Below are positions 1 through 7,926 of a DNA stretch of 64,000 bases, piece by piece. Positions within the stretch are counted from its first letter, which is position 1. Each line of letters starts with the position of its first letter. The translations under genes were made by a program, and so were the position numbers. The notes below the pieces were generated by a model. That model saw only the letters and a program-made list of their open reading frames with translations, ran no database searches and was not told the origin of the DNA. The stretch covers positions 79,674 through 143,673 of the forward strand of contig DAOQAT010000001.1 of NCBI GenBank assembly GCA_035354195.1. The letters run 5' to 3'. This DNA is from Bacteroidales bacterium. GTDB taxonomy: Bacteria > Bacteroidota > Bacteroidia > Bacteroidales > CAIWKO01.

Positions 1-1
1 T

Positions 2-94
2 ATCATTGATATCTCGGACCTTGCAACAGGATTGTATTTTATTAAGGTGAAAACTGAAAAAGGCGTTGTGGTAAAGAAGATGATAAAGGAATAA
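2..94 (+). CDS. 3' end of a T9SS type A sorting-domain protein (partial, starts before window)
   Basis: Frame 2 reads IIDISDLATGLYFIKVKTEKGVVVKKMIKE-stop, the typical GxYxxK...KKxIxE end of a T9SS CTD. Confidence 0.85.
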   Translation: MIDISDLATGLYFIKVKTEKGVVVKKMIKE

Positions 95-152
95 GATACC
101 GGCAAATAAAAAAGAGGTAGCAGGAGATTTGTCTTTTTTTTGCAAAAATGTA

Positions 153-160
153 TACCTTTG
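153..160 (+). promoter_or_regulatory. Bacteroidota sigma-70 -7 box
   Basis: TACCTTTG matches TAnnTTTG, ~40 nt upstream of ATG 198. Confidence 0.6.
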
Positions 161-197
161 TTCCAAAATTTAGTATTAATTAACAAAAAACTTACTT

Positions 198-863
198 ATG
201 AAAACATCAAAAATTTTCTTTTTAATGATCGCTTTTGTTTGCGTTTCCGCTACGAGTTATGCACAACCTGGATTTGCAACCAATGGGAAAACGCAACTTA
301 TTGACGGAAGTCTGAAAGTACTTAATGGCCAAACAGCACTAAGTGTTGTGTTCACTTATGACAATATGCTCGTGGATGGTATGTCAGAAGACAACTATAT
401 TACCAAGAAAACCCAGGAACAAAACAAGATGAAATCCGGCTCAGGTGATTCATGGGCTACAAAATGGAAAGAAGACAAGACCGCACGCTTCGAACCGGAA
501 TTCATGAAATGGTTGAATAATTCAATGAAAAAACTCGGAATCGTAGCAACTGCAGTAACCGGCGAAGCTTCCACCACCTATACGCTTAAGATTCAAACCG
601 TACAAATCCGCCCCGGCGTTTATACCGGAGTGTCGGTTGGAGGAAAAAGCATTGGGGAAGATACCTTTATCGATGTTCAGGCTACCCTGATAGAAACAGC
701 GAACCCTTCAAACGTGCTTGCTACCATTATGGCAACCAAAGTCATCGGCGAGTCTGTTTCCTTTGCAAATTATGATGGCGGCCTCAGAATAATGGCAGCT
801 TATCAGGTGGCAGGAAAAAACATTGGCAGTTTCATTGTAAAAAACTGTAAAAGTAAAAAGTAA
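198..863 (+). CDS. secreted hypothetical protein
   Basis: 221 aa ORF, N-terminal signal peptide ending SYA-Q. Confidence 0.75.
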   Translation: MKTSKIFFLMIAFVCVSATSYAQPGFATNGKTQLIDGSLKVLNGQTALSVVFTYDNMLVDGMSEDNYITKKTQEQNKMKSGSGDSWATKWKEDKTARFEPEFMKWLNNSMKKLGIVATAVTGEASTTYTLKIQTVQIRPGVYTGVSVGGKSIGEDTFIDVQATLIETANPSNVLATIMATKVIGESVSFANYDGGLRIMAAYQVAGKNIGSFIVKNCKSKK

Positions 864-929
864 TTTTATTTCATTTAGACGTTTTCAAACGGCTTGGCGA
901 AAGTTGAATCGCTGACTGATAATTTACAG

Positions 930-967
930 AACTCCCGAAGTTTCAAACACTCCGGGAGTTTTTTTTT
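930..967 (+). terminator. intrinsic terminator / palindromic repeat
   Basis: AACTCCCG...CGGGAGTT stem followed by a T run, downstream of 198..863. Confidence 0.7.
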
Positions 968-1028
968 GACAGCCATAAATATTTTTTACTTTTACATCCG
1001 TAAAATTCGTGCAAAAATAAGCTGAAGA

Positions 1029-2186
1029 ATGATTGACAAGGTAAAGCCGAAAAAAACGGAACGTTTATTTTTATATCGTTTGCTTGTTATACATACCTTG
1101 ATTCTGGCACTGAATGTTCCTGCCAATTCCCAGAATGACAGTGTTCGTAAAGATAGCATTTCTGAAAAACCTTATTATTTCTATCATGGATACACCTATG
1201 GTTCTCAGGGCGTGTTCAATCCGCTGACACTGGTGTTAAACTCCGGCTATGACATTTGCCAGCTAACCGGCCACGACAGGCAGATCCTTAATTTTCCGTA
1301 TGAAACATCTGCAAAAAATGTTTTCTGGAATCTGGGGCATCCCTTCAAAGTGATTGGTGAAGTAGGATGGTGGAAATTTACGAAGACCGAGTTGCTGCCA
1401 TTGACCTTTAGCAGGGAAGGAGGGCAGTGGATGCCCAATTATATATTACATGTTGTTGGAGGAGGAATGTCGTATGTTACGATATCTGAGTGGTATCGTT
1501 ACAATGGTGTAAAATGCCCGAAGCTATTCGGTTTTATCACGCTGATGGCTGCCGATATTCTGAATGAGACTATAGAAAACAATGGCTATATTGGCTCCAA
1601 TAGCGATCCCATACCCGATGTGTACATTTTTAATTTTGCAGGGGTGGCCTTATTCAGTTCTGAAAAAGTTTGCCGTTTTTTCAGCCAAAAGCTTCACATG
1701 GCCGATTGGAGCCTGCAGCCTTCCCTGACACTGGCCGATGTTTCTCTGTATAATTGCGGGCAGTATTATTCGTTCAAATGGGAATTGCCTTTTGAGTGCC
1801 GGCTTTCATTGTTTACACGCATGGGGATGGGAACGCTCATAGGTCTTTCATGGAAATTTCCGAATGGCGCCGCTATCTCTGCCGGTGCAGGTGTGCGTTC
1901 GGGTGAGCGCTACCTGCTGTCTGAAAAAGCCCGGCAGGTAACCATTACCACGCCTTTCAGTTTCGGGGTGTTTTATGATAAAAATAATTCTTTGCTGGCC
2001 TCACTGCAGATAAGCAATGTGAGCGATTATTTTATCAATGCAAATGTTTACCCGGGTTTGTTCCGGATAGGAAAATTCTCGCCGGGATTATGGGCCGTGA
2101 TCGACAAAAAAGGGATTCCCGCTTTTGGGTTCACGACGCGGTATACATTAGGCGTTGGCCTTGGATACAACTTCCGGAATCGTTGA
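1029..2186 (+). CDS. hypothetical membrane / outer-membrane protein
   Basis: 385 aa; signal-like N-terminus, hydrophobic middle, aromatic/glycine-rich beta-strand-like C-terminus. Confidence 0.65.
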   Translation: MIDKVKPKKTERLFLYRLLVIHTLILALNVPANSQNDSVRKDSISEKPYYFYHGYTYGSQGVFNPLTLVLNSGYDICQLTGHDRQILNFPYETSAKNVFWNLGHPFKVIGEVGWWKFTKTELLPLTFSREGGQWMPNYILHVVGGGMSYVTISEWYRYNGVKCPKLFGFITLMAADILNETIENNGYIGSNSDPIPDVYIFNFAGVALFSSEKVCRFFSQKLHMADWSLQPSLTLADVSLYNCGQYYSFKWELPFECRLSLFTRMGMGTLIGLSWKFPNGAAISAGAGVRSGERYLLSEKARQVTITTPFSFGVFYDKNNSLLASLQISNVSDYFINANVYPGLFRIGKFSPGLWAVIDKKGIPAFGFTTRYTLGVGLGYNFRNR

Positions 2187-2328
2187 TCGGTAATGAATTA
2201 AATTGTCCCTTGTTTTTTTGTGTAAAAATCGTTACTTTTGAATAAAATAAATAGCTCCGATATTTAGAATTAATATACTGCGTGATGATTATCTCATAGT
2301 TTGTTTTTTAGTTATAAAAAAATCAGCC

Positions 2329-3114
2329 ATGGCCGGGTTCAGGATTCATAAATTTTCAAAAACACGAATTGCCACCATCGATGTGTGTGCGATCGGGCTT
2401 AAAAAGCATCACGTTGCCTCCATGATCGAAATAGATGTGACAGACAGCAGAAAAAGAATTAAAAAGTATAAGAACGAGACCGGCAAAATATCATTTAATG
2501 CCTGGCTGATCAAAGCGATCAGCCTTACGATCAAAGATCATGAACAGGTGGCCGCTTATCTTAAAGGAAAACAAAAGCTGGTAATATTCAATGATATTAA
2601 TATTTCGATGGCGGTTGAGAAAGAATTGAACGGGCAAAAAGTCCCGGTCCCGCTGGTCATTGAAAAGGCGAATGAACGAAGCCTGGAGTCCATAACGGCC
2701 CAGATCAGTGAAGCCAAAAGTGAAAACATGGCGGCTGGGGATATGGTGCTCCAGCGCCGATCGGAAAGGATGGAACGGATGTATTCCCGGTTGCCCGGAT
2801 GTATCAGAAGATCTTTCTGGAAGTACCTGTTAAAACATTCACATTTTGCTTATCGTAAAATGGGCAATGTGGCGGTTACCTCTATTGGGATGGTGGGAAA
2901 TGTAAATGGCTGGTTCATTCCGGTATCGGTGCATCCGGTATGTTTTGGGATAAACGGAATAACCAAAAAACCGCTTGAGGTTGATGGTAATGTAGTGGTC
3001 AGGGAGATGCTGAACCTGACGGTACTGCTTGATCATGATGTGGTAGACGGGGCTTATATGGCGCGGTTCCTGAACGAACTGTCGGATAATATCAGAAATG
3101 GAATAGGATTGTAA
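2329..3114 (+). CDS. stand-alone 2-oxoacid dehydrogenase E2-like acyltransferase catalytic domain
   Basis: C-terminal LDHDVVDGAYMARF (HxxxDG) motif; no lipoyl domain; TACTTTTG box at 2233-2240. Confidence 0.8.
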   Translation: MAGFRIHKFSKTRIATIDVCAIGLKKHHVASMIEIDVTDSRKRIKKYKNETGKISFNAWLIKAISLTIKDHEQVAAYLKGKQKLVIFNDINISMAVEKELNGQKVPVPLVIEKANERSLESITAQISEAKSENMAAGDMVLQRRSERMERMYSRLPGCIRRSFWKYLLKHSHFAYRKMGNVAVTSIGMVGNVNGWFIPVSVHPVCFGINGITKKPLEVDGNVVVREMLNLTVLLDHDVVDGAYMARFLNELSDNIRNGIGL

Positions 3115-3176
3115 ATATGGGGCAATGCATGAAAACAATAAATAATCTATTTTTATAAAAAATTAATCAGAAAAAA

Positions 3177-3611
3177 ATGACTGATAAATCGAAAGAATTG
3201 TGTGCATCTGTCACACTTATTAATGGCAGGTTGGGTTTTACCGGGACGGTTGGAGAAAATGCCCCGGTCTCTATCGACTATATTCCGCCATTGGGTGACG
3301 GCATGGGCTATACTTCATTGGAATTGCTGCTTCTCAGCTTAACTTCCTGCATTGGAAGCTCCGTGCTGACGTTCTTGCGCAAGATGAACAAAACAATCAT
3401 CGCGTGTGAAATCCATGCAAAAGGTTCAAGAAAGGAAGAACACCCGACGGGCTTTAAAACCATTTTAGTTGAAATTTACCTTAAATCTCCCGATGTCACA
3501 GAAGATGATATGAACAAAGTGATAAGCCTTTCGGAAGATAAGTACTGCCCGGTTTGGTCCATGCTGAAAGGGAATACCGATGTTGAAGTTAGATTTTCTA
3601 TAAATCATTAA
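3177..3611 (+). CDS. OsmC/Ohr family protein
   Basis: ELLLLSLTSC and DKYCPV conserved cysteine motifs. Confidence 0.85.
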   Translation: MTDKSKELCASVTLINGRLGFTGTVGENAPVSIDYIPPLGDGMGYTSLELLLLSLTSCIGSSVLTFLRKMNKTIIACEIHAKGSRKEEHPTGFKTILVEIYLKSPDVTEDDMNKVISLSEDKYCPVWSMLKGNTDVEVRFSINH

Positions 3612-3655
3612 TATGCACTTTTCAGCTTTTTTCCTTCACTAAATAAATAATTTGA

Positions 3656-3682
3656 AATCCAATGAAAGTAATAGCAATAAAC
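3656..3682 (+). repeat. 27-bp copy of the start of the flavoprotein gene (second copy 4718-4744)
   Basis: AATCCAATGAAAGTAATAGCAATAAAC occurs at both positions; this copy is followed by TGA. Confidence 0.85.
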
Positions 3683-3767
3683 TGAAGCGCTAATAAGTGA
3701 GCGATAAGATAAAATTTATTTTATCAGACAAGAAAACAATTTGGCTTTAATTTAAGAAAAGAAAAAC

Positions 3768-4643
3768 ATGAAAAAGTTTACATATTTCCTTCTTGGTTTT
3801 ACGTTAGCAGCTAATCTGCAGGCACAATCAATTCCTGAAAAAATTGCTTTAAGAGCATGTGACTGTCTTTATTCATACGATACGTATGATCAGCTTAAGG
3901 ATAGTTTAAAACATTGTGTTTCTTCAGCGACAGCTTATTATATGACTAATGGCCCTACGGAGGATCAGGAATATCTTCAATCATTTCAGGGAGCACTTAA
4001 AACACTCACAGAAGTGTTTGACATACTTCCTTCTAATTGTTATCATTTGCGCCATTTGATGATTGAAGAAAAGAAAAAACAATATTATAAATTATCAGCG
4101 ATTTCGTCTGCAAATGAGCATTATGAAAAAGGCAATGATTATATTAATAAAGGAGATTTTTCAAATTCAATTATGGAATTCAATGAAGCAATCAAAATTG
4201 ACAATAATTTTGTTAATGCATTAGATAACCTTGGCCTTTCATACCGTTGCCAGGGTAATTATAAAGATGCTTTAAAATCATACAGGAAATCCCTGGAAAT
4301 ATTTCCGGAAGGTGAAATTGCACTGTTAAATATTGCAGTAACATATTCATTGTTGAAAGATAATAAAAACTCACTAAAATATTATAAAGAACTTGTTTTT
4401 TATTACCGAGATAACCCTGAAGGGTACTTTGGTTGCGGCAAAATCTTTTTTCTTAAATCGGATTATGAAAATGCGCTTGAAAATATTTTCATAGCTCATA
4501 AAATTTATACACAGACAAATTCAGAATATCTAAAGGACAGTGAGACCATGATTAGGTTGGTATATTCAGAAATGAAGGGAAAGAAGAAACTTGATATTTT
4601 TACCGAAAAAGCAAAAAAGTATAATATAATAATTACCGAATAA
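3768..4643 (+). CDS. secreted tetratricopeptide-repeat protein
   Basis: Signal peptide; TPR helices (ALDNLGLSY...ALKSYRKSLEIFP). Confidence 0.8.
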   Translation: MKKFTYFLLGFTLAANLQAQSIPEKIALRACDCLYSYDTYDQLKDSLKHCVSSATAYYMTNGPTEDQEYLQSFQGALKTLTEVFDILPSNCYHLRHLMIEEKKKQYYKLSAISSANEHYEKGNDYINKGDFSNSIMEFNEAIKIDNNFVNALDNLGLSYRCQGNYKDALKSYRKSLEIFPEGEIALLNIAVTYSLLKDNKNSLKYYKELVFYYRDNPEGYFGCGKIFFLKSDYENALENIFIAHKIYTQTNSEYLKDSETMIRLVYSEMKGKKKLDIFTEKAKKYNIIITE

Positions 4644-4723
4644 AAAAACTGTTGTCATCCCATAAAGCCATTTACAAAAATTTTTAATAAGCAGATAATC
4701 TATGAATGTAAAAAATCAATCCA

Positions 4724-5359
4724 ATGAAAGTAATAGCAATAAACGGAAGCCCCAACAAAGAAGGTAATACATTTCATGCATTAAACATGGTGGGCAATGA
4801 GCTCCGGGCTCAGGGTATTGAGTTTGAGATCCTGCACATCGGGCATAAAATGATACATGGCTGCAACGCCTGCGGCACATGTGCCATGAACCGGGATGAG
4901 AAGTGTACGATTAAGACCGATGACCTGAACCAGTGGATACAGCAGATAAAAACTGCTGACGGCATTATCCTGGGCTCTCCGGTTTATTATTCCGGCGTGG
5001 CGGGTACGATGAAAAGCTTCCTCGACCGGCTGTTTTTTGTTTCGGGCACGAACGGGAATTTTTTCCGGCACAAAGTGGCAGCAGCTGTTACCGCAGTGAG
5101 GAGAACAGGCGGTTCGGCCACTCTTGACTGCCTGTACCATTATCTTTCATATTCCGAGATGATCCTGGCCACATCAAATTATTGGAACGTGATACACGGC
5201 GCGGCTCCCGGTGAAGTGGGGCAGGACCTGGAAGGCAAACAGATCATGCGTGTGCTGGGAAAAAACATGGCATGGCTGTTAAAAATGAAAGAAGCTGCTG
5301 CCGGTACGATTGAGCCGCCAAAGAGAGAACGGAAGGAATATATGAATTTTATCAGGTAG
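4724..5359 (+). CDS. iron-sulfur flavoprotein / flavodoxin-family NADPH-dependent FMN reductase
   Basis: INGSP..GNT, CNACGTC-x6-C cluster motif, GSPVYY. Confidence 0.9.
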   Translation: MKVIAINGSPNKEGNTFHALNMVGNELRAQGIEFEILHIGHKMIHGCNACGTCAMNRDEKCTIKTDDLNQWIQQIKTADGIILGSPVYYSGVAGTMKSFLDRLFFVSGTNGNFFRHKVAAAVTAVRRTGGSATLDCLYHYLSYSEMILATSNYWNVIHGAAPGEVGQDLEGKQIMRVLGKNMAWLLKMKEAAAGTIEPPKRERKEYMNFIR

Positions 5360-5523
5360 CTATTTGTAAGAAATACCCGAAAATTTTTGTTTTGTTGTAA
5401 TTAATAATATTTATATTTGATGGGTGATAAAATCAAACCTGTTTAAAAAAGTTGCAGGTTACAGTTTTCTCATATTTTAAAGGAGTTATTGCATGATATA
5501 AAGTTTGAACCTACATAAAAATC

Positions 5524-6714
5524 ATGAAAAAATTTTTTGCTTTAATTATTGTTTTGTTGGCATTTCAAACAGCGAATGCACAGTGGGTACTTCAGAATTC
5601 AGATAATACGAATTGGTTATTCTCTACTTATTTTGTGAATTCTAATATTGGATATGTTGCTGGTGGTTACGGCATGATCTTAAAAACAATAAATGGCGGG
5701 CAAGACTGGTCAGCACTTAATTCCGGTACGAGTACGGATCATTTTTATTCCATATTTTTTGTAAATGCAGATACAGGATATGCGGTTGGCGAGCCAAGTG
5801 CATTTTATAAAACCACCGATGGAGGCGTCACCTGGGAAAAAAAACCAATTGGGACAAATAGTACATTGTACTCAGTTTTTTTTACAAGTTCTGATACAGG
5901 ATATATTGCAGGCACAAATCAAACGCTGGGTAAAACTACGGACGGAGGAACAAACTGGACTTACCAACCTTTCTATGCATGGACGTACCGATCTGTTTTC
6001 TTTACAAATCCAAATACAGGCTACGCAGTAGGGGAAAGCGTTTTTAAAAAAACCATTGATGGCGGGGCAAATTGGATTCAGCAAAGCGGAATGTGGGGCA
6101 ATTATTTACAAGTATATTTCCCAACCACAGACACTGGTTATATTGCCGCGGATAGTGGAAAAATTTTTAAAACGACAGATGCGGGAAATACCTGGACACC
6201 ATACTTTACCGGAGGGGTACAAACATTATTAACAATGTATTTTACAGATGCCATGACAGGATATGTTGGTGGCGGGACTACCGGCCCTGACGCAAATTTC
6301 ATCCTAAAAACAAATAATGGGGGACTTACCTGGTCAAATCAGGTTCCTGCAAACTCAAAAGTAATTCGCTCCATTTATTTCCCCGCTAAGGACACTGGCT
6401 TTGCCATTGGTAATAATGGAACGATTATGAAAACCATCAACGGTGGTATCGCCAATGTAGATTCCTATGATATGTCGGCTACTGTGAATATATTCCCAAA
6501 TCCAACCTCGGGTTATTTAAATATTGAAACTTCGTCAGACAATGAGCTCTCTCAAATTTCAATTTGTAATTTACTTGGACAGGAATTATTGAGACAATCC
6601 CTGGCGGGTAAAAACAATCATGTTGATATTAGTAATTTGAATAATGGTATTTATATAATAAAGCTGACTGATGAAAATTCTGCAATGCTAAGTCGGATTA
6701 TAGTTAAAGAATAA
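5524..6714 (+). CDS. YCF48-like beta-propeller protein with T9SS type A CTD
   Basis: Repeated KTxDGGxxW and F.....GY motifs; IFPNP...GIYIIK C-terminus; TATATTTG box at 5412-5419. Confidence 0.85.
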   Translation: MKKFFALIIVLLAFQTANAQWVLQNSDNTNWLFSTYFVNSNIGYVAGGYGMILKTINGGQDWSALNSGTSTDHFYSIFFVNADTGYAVGEPSAFYKTTDGGVTWEKKPIGTNSTLYSVFFTSSDTGYIAGTNQTLGKTTDGGTNWTYQPFYAWTYRSVFFTNPNTGYAVGESVFKKTIDGGANWIQQSGMWGNYLQVYFPTTDTGYIAADSGKIFKTTDAGNTWTPYFTGGVQTLLTMYFTDAMTGYVGGGTTGPDANFILKTNNGGLTWSNQVPANSKVIRSIYFPAKDTGFAIGNNGTIMKTINGGIANVDSYDMSATVNIFPNPTSGYLNIETSSDNELSQISICNLLGQELLRQSLAGKNNHVDISNLNNGIYIIKLTDENSAMLSRIIVKE

Positions 6715-6802
6715 TAGCCTGGCTGCAATTCGGCCACAAAACATTATGTCATCAGGTAACCATTGACCCATAAATTAAATTAATAAATTAAAACATACAA
6801 TC

Positions 6803-7819
6803 ATGAAACAATTAATCATATTCGCTTTAGGATTGCTCTTGACGGCTGACCTTTCCGCTCAGAACGATAAGATCGATGAACTGATTTCGCAGGGAACAGC
6901 GCTTCATGACCAGGGAAGGTATGATGAGGCCATTTCAAAATATAAAGCCGCTTTAGAGATTGATAACAATTCCCTGGCGGCTAATTATGAATTATCGTAC
7001 ACCTATATGGCTACACAACAATACGAAAAAGCGATAAAACACAGCCAAATTGTTATTGAACAAAATATAGCCTATCTGGAAGAAGCCTACATTGTGTTGG
7101 GGAGTTCACAGGATATGCTTGGCCAGCCCGACAAAGCAATCAAGTCTTATGAAGAAGGATTGACAAAATATCCGAACAGCAATTTATTAAATTATAACCT
7201 CGCATTGACATTATTTAATCAAAAAGATTACGAAGGAGCCGAAGAAGCTGCCATTAAGGCTGTCTTAGCAAAACCCAGCCATGGAAGCAGCCATATTCTT
7301 TTAGCGGCCATCATGCAAATAAAAGGTCAGCGCGTGAAATGCCTGATGTCCTTATACTATTTCCTGATGGTAGAACCGGATTCAAAACGTTCGGAATTTT
7401 ATTATAAAAGTTTGATGGACGAATTGGGGACGGGAGTAGCCAAAGAAGGCAAGAAAAAAATTAATGTGAGTATTTCGTCCACTTCTGTTAAAGACGAAGA
7501 ATTCGGTGCGGCAGATATGATGGTCAGCATGCTTGCCGCATCCAGGTTTATAGATGAAAACAAGAAGAAAAGTGAAATGGAAATGTTTGTAGAGAATAAT
7601 AGATCTTTCTTCAGTGTTTTAGGCGAGTTAAAAAAAGACCATAAAGGTTTCTGGTGGGATTTTTATGTAACAAGGTTTAATAGCCTGCTGGAGTCTGAAA
7701 ATTGTGAAGCCTTCAGTTACTATATTTCGCAATCTGCAAATTCGCAAGAAGTGACAAAATGGATATCCAAAAATCCCAAAAAAATGGAGAAATTTAATGT
7801 GTGGTTGGAAAACTTATAA
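6803..7819 (+). CDS. secreted tetratricopeptide-repeat protein
   Basis: Signal peptide and several TPR motifs in the N-terminal half. Confidence 0.8.
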   Translation: MKQLIIFALGLLLTADLSAQNDKIDELISQGTALHDQGRYDEAISKYKAALEIDNNSLAANYELSYTYMATQQYEKAIKHSQIVIEQNIAYLEEAYIVLGSSQDMLGQPDKAIKSYEEGLTKYPNSNLLNYNLALTLFNQKDYEGAEEAAIKAVLAKPSHGSSHILLAAIMQIKGQRVKCLMSLYYFLMVEPDSKRSEFYYKSLMDELGTGVAKEGKKKINVSISSTSVKDEEFGAADMMVSMLAASRFIDENKKKSEMEMFVENNRSFFSVLGELKKDHKGFWWDFYVTRFNSLLESENCEAFSYYISQSANSQEVTKWISKNPKKMEKFNVWLENL

Positions 7820-7836
7820 ACTCGAACCCTTTTGAA

Positions 7837-7918
7837 AACTCATACGATGACTCAAAGCCAGTTGTTCGAAGTCTGTGACCCCGAACTCATACGATGACTC
7901 AAAGTCATCGTATGAGTT
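7837..7918. repeat. REP-like palindrome cluster / bidirectional terminator
   Basis: AACTCATACGATGACTCAAAG twice; second copy forms a perfect 16-bp stem (7884-7899 / 7903-7918); lies between convergent genes. Confidence 0.8.
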
Positions 7919-7926
7919 AATATGAA

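Noticed and set aside
7837..7918. Mini CRISPR (21-bp repeat twice)
   Set aside because: Only two copies, the second being half of a perfect palindrome; better explained as REP-like or terminator
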